DNA of 63,782 bases, the filler included, from Octopus bimaculoides (taxonomy: Eukaryota): NCBI RefSeq assembly GCF_001194135.2. It is 5 parts of 5 records of this genome, joined end to end, with 100 filler letters (N's around TTAATTAATTAA, not from the genome) between each part and the next. Parts side by side here need not be neighbours in the genome. Positions count along the whole stretch, not along the records: positions 32,358 to 57,983 come from NC_069007.1; 4 more parts are not named here. One strand, 5' to 3'. Positions 35,372 through 47,493 of the stretch are shown here, piece after piece. A program made the translations under genes and the position numbers. The notes under the pieces are model-generated. The model did not search any database, had not been told where the DNA came from, and was given only the letters and a program-made list of their open reading frames with translations. Within the stretch, counting starts at the first letter, position 1, and the number at the start of each line of letters is the position of its first letter.

Positions 35372-37885
35372 GCATGGTTGCTCTTAAATATAAAGACCCT
35401 CCCTGGCGAAGAATGTATCCCACCCCAGCATAGACTAGTTATTAGTGACTTTAGACGCGAGGCCAGAAGGATGCCAAAAAGTAGACCAATCTGGAAAAGA
35501 AAGACTTGGAAGCTTAAGAACCGTTCACATGATCAGAGGTTTATGGATATTCTTACCGAGAAATTTGATGAAAGGGAGGAGGAGCTACAGTCCTGTGACA
35601 TAGAAGGCAGCTGGGAATTCCAGCGAGACAGCTTGCTGAGCACCACAGACCAAATCTGTGGCTGGTGCAAAGTCCCTTCCAGACCTAAGGTAACATGGTG
35701 GTGGAACAATACTGTAGACAGGGACACTAGAGCAAAGAAACAGGCCTGGAAGTTTGGGGGTAGCAGGAGAATGTATCAGATAGCCAAAAGGGAAGCTAGG
35801 AGACAGGTATATATAGCCAAGGGAGTAGCAGAAAAGAAGTTTGCCAATGTTCAGCGACGTGAGAACCAAAGGCCTGAAGTATTTTGGATTGCAAGACAGT
35901 ATATGAGAGAAAACCATGATGTCATAGGAGAGAAATGTGTCTGCATGGATGATGGTGCATTTGCTTTTAATGATTCTGCAAAGAAAGAGGCTTGGAGATA
36001 TCATTATGAAAGACTGCTGAATGTGGAGAATGAATGGGAGGAGAGTCTGCCAAAGGTTGACCCAATTGAGGGACCAGCTACCCGAATCGACAGTNNNNNN
36101 NNNNNNNNNNNNNNNNNNNNNNNNNNNNNNNNNNNNNNNNNNNNNNNNNNNNNNNNNNNNNNNNNNNNNNNNNNNNNNNNNNNNNNNNNNNNNNNNNNNN
36201 NNNNNNNNNNNNNNNNNNNNNNNNNNNNNNNNNNNNNNNNNNNNNNNNNNNNNNNNNNNNNNNNNNNNNNNNNNNNNNNNNNNNNNNNNNNNNNNNNNNN
36301 NNNNNNNNNNNNNNNNNNNNNNNNNNNNNNNNNNNNNNNNNNNNNNNNNNNNNNNNNNNNNNNNNNNNNNNNNNNNNNNNNNNNNNNNNNNNNNNNNNNN
36401 NNNNNNNNNNNNNNNNNAGGGTGATGCTTTAGATAGAAATAACTACAGGGGTGTCAAATTATTGGATCAAGAGATGAAAGTTACAGAGAGGGTCATAGCC
36501 CAACTAATTAGGGAGAGAGTTAGCCTAGATGAGATGTAGTTTGGTTTTGTGCCAGACACAAGCACCACTGATGCTATATTTCTGGTAAGGTAACTGCAGG
36601 AGAAATATCTAGCCAAAGATAAACCTCTGTACTTGGCTTTTGTTGACTTGGAGAAAGCCTTTGACAGGGTCTCCTGATCCCTTATTTGGTGGTCAATGTG
36701 TAAGCTATGGACACATAAAAGGTGCAGCAATATCAGTGGAAGGTTAACCGGGAAGATAGCTTTTGTGTGTCGCAGATGTACAGGGGCAATAAACACTGAA
36801 GATGTACAGAAAACAGATTCCATCACATGCCAGAGGGAAAAACTAAAAGTAGTTGAAAGCTTTCACCATCTAAGTAACTAGGTCTGCAGTGGGGATGATT
36901 GATTGCTCTGAGGGTGTAGTGGCTAGAATAAGAATAGCCTGGGCAAAGTTCAGAAAGCTCCTACCCCTACTGGCAACTAAGGGCCTCTCGCTCAGAGTGA
37001 AAGGTAGACTGTATGATGCATATGTGCTACACGGCAGTGAAACATGGGACATGACGGCTGAGGACTTGCATAAGTTTGAAAGAAATGAAGCTGGTATGAT
37101 CTGCTGGATGTGTAATGTCAGTGTGTATACCCAACAGAATGTAAGCACCCTGAGAGAAAAGTTGAACATAAGAAGTGTTGAATGTGGTGTGCAAGAGAGA
37201 TGACTGCACTGGTATGGTTATGTGTTATGTATGGATGAGGGCAGCTGTGTGAGGAAGTGCCACTCCCTAACTGTGGAAGGAACCTGTGGAAGAGGTAGAT
37301 CCAGGAAGACATGGGATGAGATGGTGAAGCATGACCTAATATTGGGCCTTACAGAGGCAATGACAGGAGACCGAGACCTTTGGAGATAAGCTGTGATTGA
37401 GAAGACCTGGCAACTAAAGTGAGATCGCAGCCATGGCCGATGCCAGTGTTGCATGTCCGGCCCATTTAAAAGTATCCCTGATGTGTCAGGTGATATGATA
37501 TGCTTGAGAAGATCTGTTGAGTCAAGTAAAACCAAAATCGCAGCTCTGGCTGGCCAGTGCCCCCTGACTGGTTCCCATTTCAGTGACATATAAAAAGCAC
37601 CATCCGAACCTGGCTGGTGCCAGTACCCACTGACTGGCTCCCACGCTGGTGGTTCGTAAAAAGCACTATCCAAATGTGATTGATGCCAGGCCTGTCTGAC
37701 TGGCCCTTGTGCCAGTGGCACGTAAAAAGCACCCATTACACTTTCGGAGTCGTTGGTGTTAGGAAGGGCATTCAGCTGTAGAAACATTGCCAGATCAGAT
37801 TTGAGCCTGGTGCAGCCATTGGCTTTCCAGACCTGTCAAATTGTCCAACTTATGCCAGCATGGAAAATAGACATTAAACGATATC
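35372..37885 (+). pseudogene. RTE-clade LINE, 5'-truncated and internally deleted
   Basis: End of the APE domain (QHRLVISDF); RT motifs *FGFVPDTSTTDAIFLVR*LQEKY...AFVDLEKAFDRV; thumb (ARIRIAWAKFRKLLPLL, LHWYG.V); C-terminal GR.RKTW; 3' UTR. Multiple stops, and the YADD region is deleted. Confidence 0.95.
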
Positions 37886-37964
37886 TGTGTGTATTTGCAT
37901 GTATGTATGTGCATACACGCACACATATATAAATATATATATATGTATGTATGCAAGAATAAGG

Positions 37965-38255
37965 GCAGGGAATCGTCAATTAGTAATAGAATTGATAATT
38001 AACAATGTTGCCAAGTAGTTCAGTATGAAAAAACCTTTATCGGTAAAACCATTTATCATCATAAATATACAGGGATTAGCATTGAGTTGCTTCTCCAACA
38101 TACTGAAAATTTAGAAATAGCAGTCAAAGAACTACTGATTCTAAACTACAAATTTTTCTCTAAACGGATGGCGATATTTATGGCACACATAGAACAAAAA
38201 ACCGGAGGGAAAATCAAAAACAAACCTGCCTTTAGTTAATTGGATACGACGTTAC
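37965..38255 (+). mobile_element. Unclassified dispersed repeat (copy 1)
   Basis: Reverse-complement homology to 62179-62448 (cttctccaacatactga.aatt.agaaatagcagtcaaagaactactgatt). Confidence 0.75.
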
Positions 38256-40069
38256 GCGGTTAAGAGAATGAAATTACTCTATTCCGCATTTTCTGCCCAA
38301 TATTCTGATAAATTTGAAAGTGTCTCTAAAAAATTCACGGTAATTTCTGGCCATGCGACACCAAAAACCAACGAGAATAAAGGCACTTACGAATTCATCG
38401 GCTAGCGAGTTCAGGCACCTCACCTCAAAGAAATCTATTCCATGTGCGTCACAAATAGTCCCGTATGAAAAAAAGTCCAGTGTGAAGGGATTACGGTTTA
38501 ACCATCTAACTTAGAGGTATCAAATATAAAATATAGTATGTATCTGTGTGTATGTGTGTGGACATGTACAAAATCATAACAAACGCAGTGGGCGCTTTCT
38601 GCGACTGCGCTTTTATTCTTGAATATATACACTAGATGTGAGTGTGTATATATAAGTGTATCTAGGGACAGTGATGATGATGATAAGGGGGTGGTTGTGA
38701 AATGGAACGTGCAGAAGAGTGGGTGGTGGGTGTTATATATTTACTATGAATCTTAAACAAAGTAGGCATTGATATCAATTTCTGAATTTCCACACATGAT
38801 CAACTTTATTGATTTCAAGTTAATTGATTAAAGTTATTGATTATCGTCAGTTTGAAAAAAAAAAAAAATTTTTTTCTTAAATTTAAATGAAAGGTTAGTT
38901 GTATGCATTTTGTAGTATTTTTGTTTAGTTTTTTTCTTCCTAATTTCATATTATTTTTCTTGTTGTTATTTCTTTGTTTTTTTTTTCTGAAATTCCGAAG
39001 CCTTACAATATTATTGATTTCCTTTGATTAAACACATGGCTACAGATGGAATTTCTAAGACTTTATGAAGGGAAACAAGAAATGGAATGATGCAATGCTC
39101 TTGTCTTACCATTCTATGTTCTCCAAGGCAACACATTAGCTGTAAATAGGGTGGGAGGGCAAGGGAGGAAGGAGTTTGCTTTGCAAATATATTTTTNNNN
39201 NNNNNNNNNNNNNNNNNNNNNNNNNNNNNNNNNNNNNNNNNNNNNNNNNNNNNNNNNNNNNNNNNNNNNNNNNNNNNNNNNNNNNNNNNNNNNNNNNNNN
39301 NNNNNNNNNNNNNNNNNNNNNNNNNNNNNNNNNNNNNNNNNNNNNNNNNNNNNNNNNNNNNNNNNNNNNNNNNNNNNNNNNNNNNNNNNNNNNNNNNNNN
39401 NNNNNNNNNNNNNNNNNNNNNNNNNNNNNNNNNNNNNNNNNNNNNNNNNNNNNNNNNNNNNNNNNNNNNNNNNNNNNNNNNNNNNNNNNNNNNNNNNNNN
39501 NNNNNNNNNNNNNNNNNNNNNNNNNNNNNNNNNNNNNNNNNNNNNNNNGCACGCATACGAACCTACCTCGTCCTGCTTCCTTCCAGTTCGTTGCTTCACA
39601 GCATTCAATATACACATAATTTTTCACGTCTGGCCGTATAGCCTTTTCCATTTGTTTTCCTGTCTTGCTTTCTTTTCCGTTTGTTTTCTTGTCTTGTTTT
39701 CTGTCCGCCACTACATTCCTCCATGGTACAAATTTAATTTGTGGTCCGTGGGAAGAGCCATTTTAATGATGCGTCCTGCCCTAACTCTTCAAAACGCTTA
39801 GTTTTAGAATGGTGGCAGCTGATGAAGGAAAATGTTCTCTATGTGGCCTGTGTGTTTTCTGTACTCTGGTTATTATTATTTTTTTGTCTACGTTTTGTCC
39901 TGTACCCAGATATGCACCTATATATACAGGTAGATGCAGGTATGCACATACTTGTACGTATATATGCATATACTCATTTATTATTTGTTTTACATATATA
40001 TATATACACACACACACACATATACATACACACACATATATACATACATACACACACACACATATATAT

Positions 40070-41232
40070 ATGATGGGCTTCTTTCAGTTTCCATCTACTA
40101 AATCTACTCACAAGGCTTTGGTCTGCCTGTGGCTATAGTAGGAGACACTTGCCCAAGGGACCATGCAGTGAGACTGAACCCAGAATCATGTGGTTGGGAA
40201 GCACGCCTGTGCCTATCTCTTTTTTACTCTTTTTACTTGTTTCAGTCTTTTGACTGCGGCCATGCTGGAGCACCGCCTTTTAGTCAAGCAAATCGACCCC
40301 AGGACTTATTCTTTGTAAGCCTAGTACTTATTCTATTGGTCTCTTTTGCCGAACTGCTAAGTTACAGGGACATAAACACATCAGCATCAGTTGTCATGCG
40401 ATGTTGTGGGGCCAGATACACAAACACACACACATCATCATCATCGTTTAACGTCCGCTTTCCATGCTAGCATGGGTTGGACGATTTGACTGAGGACTGG
40501 TGAAACCGGATGGCAACACCAGGCTCCAATCTAATTTGGCAGAGTTTCTACAGCTGGATGCCCTTCCTAACGCCAACCACTCAGAGAGTGTAGTGGGTGC
40601 TTTTACGTGTCACCCGCACAAAAACGGCCAGGCTCGAAATGGTGTCTTTTATGTGCCACCCGCACAAGAGCCAGTCCATATATATATATANNNNNNNNNN
40701 NNNNNNNNNNNNNNNNNNNNNNNNNNNNNNNNNNNNNNNNNNNNNNNNNNNNNNNNNNNNNNNNNNNNNNNNNNNNNNNNNNNNNNNNNNNNNNNNNNNN
40801 NNNNNNNNNNNNNNNNNNNNNNNNNNNNNNNNNNNNNNNNNNNNNNNNNNNNNNNNNNNNNNNNNNNNNNNNNNNNNNNNNNNNNNNNNNNNNNNNNNNN
40901 NNNNNNNNNNNNNNNNNNNNNNNNNNNNNNNNNNNCAGGGGCACTGGCAACGATCTCACTCGAAAATCCTACGGGAGCCAGTCAGGCGGTACTGGCAACG
41001 GCCACGCTCAAAATGGTGCATCTCATGTGCCACCCGCACAAGAGCCAGTCCATATATATATATATACATACGACGGGCTTCTTTCAGTTTCCGTCTACCA
41101 AATCCACTTACAAGGCTTTGGTCAGTCCGAGGCTATAGTAGAAGACACTTGCCCAAGGTGCCATGCAGTGGGACTGAACACGGAACAATGTAGTTCGTAA
41201 GCAAGCTACTTACCACACAGCCACTCCTACAC
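40070..41232 (-). mobile_element. SINE family 1 copies with an RTE 3' end nested inside
   Basis: 5' module at 40070-40200; 3' module at 40215-40430; RTE 3' UTR at 40431-41050 (minus strand); 5' module at 41068-41232. Confidence 0.82.
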
Positions 41233-41619
41233 CTGGATTTTTATTTGAATACCTGGTGAAGCTGGCTGCCAACCTTGAAATCTGAAATTCTTTCCAGCTT
41301 GTCATACTTCGATATTGGAAAAATTCACAACCTTCTGCACCAATAAACTACTATTGTACCCGAAAGTGGTTTTCATATTTCCTCTGGATTGCTTGAAGCT
41401 TACTTTCTTCCTACACTTTGATCCTTACATTTATTTATATATACCCTTTTATGTTTCAATCATTTGACTGCAGCTGAAAGAATAAGTACCAGGCTTAGAC
41501 ATATATAAATAGTGGTGTTGATTCATCTGACTACAAAATAAAGTCCCTCAAGGCAGTGCTCCAGCGTGGCCACAAGTGAAATGATAAACGATTTAAACAA
41601 TCATGACGATAGTGATAAT

Positions 41620-42371
41620 ATATTCTTTTACTTGTTTCAGTCATTCGACTGTGGCCATGCTGGAACACCACCTTTAGTCGAGCAAATCGACCCCAGGGCT
41701 TATTCTTTGTAAGCCTAGTACTTATTCTATTGGTCTCTTTTGCTGAACCGCTAAGTTACAGGGATGTAAACACACAAGCATTGGTTGTCAAGCAATGTTG
41801 GGGGGGGGGGACAAACACAACATGTGTGTGTGTGTGTATATATATATATATACATACATACACACACACACACGACGTGAAGGCGCATGGCTCAGTGGTA
41901 AGAGCGTCAAACTTATGACCATGAGGTTGAGTTCGAATCCCAGACCAGGCTGCGTGTTGTGTTCTTGAGCAAGACACTTTATTTCACGTTGCTCCAGTTC
42001 ACTCAGCTGTAGAAATGAGTTGAGACGTCACAGGTGCCANNNNNNNNNNNNNNNNNNNNNNNNNNNNNNNNNNNNNNNNNNNNNNNNNNNNNNNNNNNNN
42101 NNNNNNNNNNNNNNNNNNNNNNNNNNNNNNNNNNNNNNNNNNNNNNNNNNNNNNNNNNNNNNNNNNNNNNNNNNNNNNNNNNNNNNNNNNNNNNNNNNNN
42201 NNNNNNNNNNNNNNNNNNNNNNNNNNNNNNNNNNNNNNNNNNNNNNNNNNNNNNNNNNNNNNNNNNNNNNNNNNNNNNNNNNNNNNNNNNNNNNNNATAA
42301 ACAACCTCACCCGGACTTGTGCCTCGGAGGGCAACTTTCTCGGTGCAATCGTGACCGAAGGGGGTCTCTGA

Positions 42372-42416
<45 letters not shown>

Positions 42417-42575
42417 CATGACGGGATTCTTTCAGTTTCTAGCTATTGAATCCACTCACAAGGCTTTGGTCAGCCTGAGGCTATAGTAGAAGACACTTGC
42501 CCAAGGTGCCCCGCAGTGGGACTTAACCCGGAACTATGTGGCTGATAAACATGCTACTTACTACACAGCCACTCA
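41620..42575 (-). mobile_element. SINE family 1 split by a nested SINE family 3
   Basis: 3' module at 41620-41820 and 5' module at 42418-42575, either side of the 41878-42385 insertion. Confidence 0.82.
41878..42385 (+). mobile_element. tRNA-derived SINE family 3 with CORE-like central domain
   Basis: A box tggctcagtgg, B box gttcgaatccc, then gtgttcttgagcaagacactttatttcac...cagctgtagaaatgag resembling the CORE domain; partly in an N gap. A related fragment lies at 58084-58155. Confidence 0.75.
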
Positions 42576-44019
42576 TATATATACTTAGACAAAAAAGAAA
42601 ATTAAACACAGTAAAAATATATACATGGCAAAGTTTTCACAAGAAATAATTAAAAGCACAAACACCAAAAGATATGATAATTGAATTTATTCTTTAATAA
42701 CTGTATATATTTTTTAATTTTTTTTAATATTAGTTTAAATTTAATAACTGTACATCATTGAAATTTTACAGTTTGTAAGGAGGGGTGGGCGAGAGAGGGT
42801 TTAAATAGAAAGAATAATAAATTAATGTACAGTAACTGCATTTGTTATGTACTTTGAATGGGAAGTTTCGGGGGTGTTTTTTTTTTTTTTTGTAATTTTC
42901 ATTTATATATTTTTTTCATTGTAGGTACAGGAGCACAGTTTTTACAGATAGGACTGAAAAGGGGGTGGTGTGTGGTATGGAATCGGTGATAGTGTTGTTA
43001 AAGGGGATTTGGGGCTGTGCCACTCAGTGACACATACACATATATATATAGGTTTTAGAAAGAAATATCTAGAAATATTTATACATTTTATATTTTTTGA
43101 GTCTGCAAGTGGTAGGGACAGGTTGGTGGGCAATTAGAAATGAGGTTCAGCTAGCTACATACATGCTATATATACATATATATATATATACACACACACA
43201 TGTGAGCATCTGTCTGTGTATATAAACATATATACATGTGTATATAAAAGTATACATGAATCATCATATATATATGTATATATTATGTATGTACAATATA
43301 TTTATGATGGGGTGGCATTGATTACAAACTCTACTGGGTTAAGTGCATGTCTTTCTTTGTAACTGGTGAAACGATAGAGTTAATGTACAAACCACACAGA
43401 CAGACAGACTCAGAACAGAGTTTATCAAAGAAATTATCACCATTTATTTAATATTGATCACTTCAGGTATCGTAAATAACACACACATACAGACACAACA
43501 TAAAACAACACATCACATCATTAAAATTTTACTATTGTTTGTGTTGAAGATCTATTATTATTATTATTATTATTCATTTCTTTTTTCTTTGTTGAGACCG
43601 ATCCGAGGGATCAATGAGAGTCGGATCAAAGTGTTAGTGTCATTATCATTTCGTGTCTGTTATTATTATTATTATTATTATTATTTCAGTCCCCTGCAGG
43701 TGTGGATTTGACAGTGTCTCCCTGTGTCAAAGTGTAGGAGGTGGAGGGTGGGGTTACACTTTAGCAAAAAAAAAAAAAAAAGGAAAGAAAAAAGAAAGAA
43801 AGGATGAGGTGAATTTTTATAATTAAAAACATCTTACAAAGTCTCTTTGAATGGCAGGTACAATTAAAATGCTTGTCTTTCATTGTGTGTGTTTGTGCAC
43901 GTGTGTGTGTGTGTGCTTATATGCTAGTAACATTTGCCCTGCTTTAAACATGTACACAGAGACACACACACACTTACATGAAATAGAATGCATGAAATTT
44001 ACTTCAGTGAGATCTACGA

Positions 44020-44053
<34 letters not shown>

Positions 44054-45018
44054 TGTGTACATTATATATATATGTATATACATACGCACATATATATATG
44101 AGTACTGCAATTTCTTAAGCAAAGACTTGTTGCTGTTTAAAGAAAAATGAGTTGTGTGTGTGTGTGTGTGTGAGCAAACAAGATAATGAATATACATACA
44201 TTTTGTATATGTCATAGGACTTGCTCTTGTTTGCTGTCGCTCTCTCATCAAAATTGCAGCCATACTTGGAAAATGTTTCNNNNNNNNNNNNNNNNNNNNN
44301 NNNNNNNNNNNNNNNNNNNNNNNNNNNNNNNNNNNNNNNNNNNNNNNNNNNNNNNNNNNNNNNNNNNNNNNNNNNNNNNNNNNNAAGTTGGGGGTGGTAG
44401 TGGGGTGATGTGTCTAATTTGAGATGTGAATGGGGGGTGGAGTGAGTGAGTGAGTTTACAACACTCTGAAAAAAAATTGAATTATTTTTTGCTCAGATTC
44501 ACACACACACACAACACTACAGTAAGCTCCAAATATGGCTGAAATATTACATGGAGAAACAGGAAGGAATTGAGTAGCCTTGAGGGCCGCCAAGTCAGCA
44601 GTTTTAATTATATTTTTTAATGAGATTTCCATGAGTTTTAGTTTCTGATATCCTGGAATATAAGTGAAAGCAGAGAAAAAAAAAAAAGAGGAAAGCAAAG
44701 ACATGGGAGGGCTGAGTTGAGACCCTCTACTCTCCCTTTAATTATGAAAACATTGCCATTGACTTACCCGATCCCCACCCTTCCATCTTTACACCTTTTT
44801 AATTTTTTTGTTTCCCCCACCCCACTTGGAAGAAAAAGCAGCACCCAATGATTTGTTAACCTATCTACCCTTTATCCACCCTGATCCCCCCAGTTAGTCA
44901 TAAAATGAAGAGATCTTTAACACAAAGTTTAATCAAGGGGATTGTGATAAGTTTAAAAAAAGTTCTACCCCACCCATACTAGAAAGATCTCCCAGGTGAT
45001 AGGGTATCAGCAGACCCC

Positions 45019-45053
45019 TATAAATTGGAGGAGGGGGTTCACTTTCACCAGCA
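45019..45053 (+). promoter_or_regulatory. Candidate TATA box with downstream initiator-like motif
   Basis: cccTATAAAttgg followed by ttcactttcacc 22-28 nt downstream, in a TE-poor segment. Confidence 0.2.
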
Positions 45054-47227
45054 CTGTAGTTGCTGGCAGCGACAAAAGCAAAAAAACTTAACCCTCCAGG
45101 TTTGAGTCCACCTTGCTCTATCATTATTATTATTATTATTATAGCGGGGAGGGATACACTGTCAACCACCACAGGGAGCATAAAATTGATGAACGTTTTT
45201 GTGAGCTTAGTGCTGAGCTGAAGGAAATCCCATCATGGGCCACTGGGGGAAAAAAAGGCAACAGGAAACTCCACTGCAATGTATTATAAGGTATTCAGTC
45301 AGTGGTGCCCAATAATTGATGACATTTCTTCAGTAAAGGCACCCAAGGGTCTTTGGTTGTTTTTTTTTTTGTTTTTTTAGATGTTTGGAAAGAAGGTACT
45401 TTTAGTTTTGTTTATATTTTAGAGAAAGTCCTAAAATCACACATACATATATATACATGTGTGTATACATTCACATATTCATACATGCATTTGTAGCTTA
45501 GTTTTTGGTTCTTAGATTGTTGTTCTCTTCTGCCAGCTGATGTGCTGACATGGAAAACAATAAACTATTAAAAATATATTTGGGCACCTGCAAAAGGATT
45601 TCCCAAGAGAGTGTCCAGAGCAAACACTGATCTCAGGACATACTGAACTGGAGCTGATACTACAAGACAGCCTGTCCAATGACTCTGCCAGTTTGTTGCA
45701 TATATATANNNNNNNNNNNNNNNNNNNNNNNNNNNNNNNNNNNNNNNNNNNNNNNNNNNNNNNNNNNNNNNNNNNNNNNNNNNNNNNNNNNNNNNNNNNN
45801 NNNNNNNNNNNNNNNNNNNNNNNNNNNNNNNNNNNNNNNNNNNNNNNNNNNNNNNNNNNNNNNNNNNNNNNNNNNNNNNNNNNNNNNNNNNNNNNNNNNN
45901 NNNNNNNNNNNNNNNNNNNNNNNNNNNNNNNNNNNNNNNNNNNNNNNNNNNNNNNNNNNNNNNNNNNNNNNNNNNNNNNNNNNNNNNNNNNNNNNNNNNN
46001 NNNNNNNNNNNNNNNNNNNNNNNNNNNNNNNNNNNNNNNNNNNNNNNNNNNNNNNNNNNNNNNNNNNNNNNNNNNNNNNNNNNNNNNNNNNNNNNNNNNN
46101 NNNNNNNNNNNNNNNNNNNNNNNNNNNNNNNNNNNNNNNNNNNNNNNNNNNNNNNNNNNNNNNNNNNNNNNNNNNNNNNNNNNNNNNNNNNNNNNNNNNN
46201 NNNNNNNNNNNNNNNNNNNNNNNNNNNNNNNNNNNNNNNNNNNNNNNNNNNNNNNNNNNNNNNNNNNNNNNNNNNNNNNNNNNNNNNNNNNNNNNNNNNN
46301 NNNNNNNNNNNNNNNNNNNNNNNNNNNNNNNNNNNNNNNNNNNNNNNNNNNNNNNNNNNNATATATGTATAATCATATAAACCATGAAAATTAGGAGATA
46401 CAAGAGGTGAATATATTTATTTAACCTCTTGATTAGATCTAGATTTCAGCTGTATGGACACTCTACACTTCTCTGTATTGGATTACTAAGTGATCTGATA
46501 GCTGAGTCCATCAGAGGAGCTTATTGATAATCACATGAGTCTCTGAATCTATATCTTATATATATATTATATATATATACATAAACCACAAGTTTATATC
46601 ATCACATATATGTATGTATAATTATTATTAACTAGAAATTACAGAGTGACTTAAGGGACAAAATTTATAGGAATTACATTTATTATACAGACATAATCCT
46701 CTTGATTTTAAACCAGTATGAGAAGTGGCAATACATGAAACTCTTGACCATTGAGTCACTCTGACTCCTGCTGACTAACAATAAAAGAAATATAACATAT
46801 ACTCATGTATTGAGTTCTATTTTCCTGTTTGTATCACCAAACACATATGCATCTAATTTTTTTTTATCATTATTATTATTATTATTATTAATCTTACTTG
46901 CTTTAGTTACTATACTGAGGAGGCCATGTTGGGGCAACTCTGTTACTTTCTAGGAAGATACGGCATGAACTTGACTAGGATGACCCATAAGTACTTAATT
47001 CTATTGACATTGGAAGGCAGAAGGGTTAAGAGAGTCTGAGAGGGATACAAACTCCTCATATCGCAAAAAAAAAAGGTGGGGGATGAAGAACTATAACCAA
47101 AAGTGTTTTGTCCAACACATTCTGCTACAGATAAACATATAAATTATATATATGAACACAGAAAGCATGTTTATAAATACATTCATATAGATTATACACA
47201 TATCAATCTATCTATGATATATATATA

Positions 47228-47493
47228 TATTATTTAAAACAGCTTGATTCAGTTCCATGTAACTTTCACAGGCCTCTAACAGAACTCTGTCTCTTTCAGG
47301 CTTTAGATTACCAAACGGAAAGATACAAGGAGTCCAAGACAGCAGACCAATAGCAGCCTATCTTCCAGTAGCCATCTTGGACCTCCTGTATCTCTCCATT
47401 TGGCAATTTAAAACCTGAAAGAGAGTTTCTGTTAGGGGGTGGGTCTGTGAAACTTTATGTCACACAGACTGAACTAAACTGTTTTAAATAATA
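47228..47493. mobile_element. Fold-back MITE (266-bp palindrome)
   Basis: tattatttaaaacag...ctgttttaaataata ends; inner arm ctctttcaggctttagattaccaaacggaaagatacaaggagtccaagac pairs with tcttggacctcctgtatctctccatttggcaatttaaaacctgaaagag. Confidence 0.85.

Noticed and set aside
41878-41950. tRNA gene
   Set aside because: A/B boxes are present, but there is no full cloverleaf and the sequence continues into a SINE body; the same holds for the heads of SINE families 1 and 2.
44933-45181. 82-aa minus-strand ORF as a gene
   Set aside because: Includes a microsatellite-derived Ile run, with no recognisable domain or splice support.
45660-46403. Long ORFs spanning N gaps (also 10630, 28576, 39011, 48500, 54471, 62401 and others)
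   Set aside because: Open only because N is translated as X.
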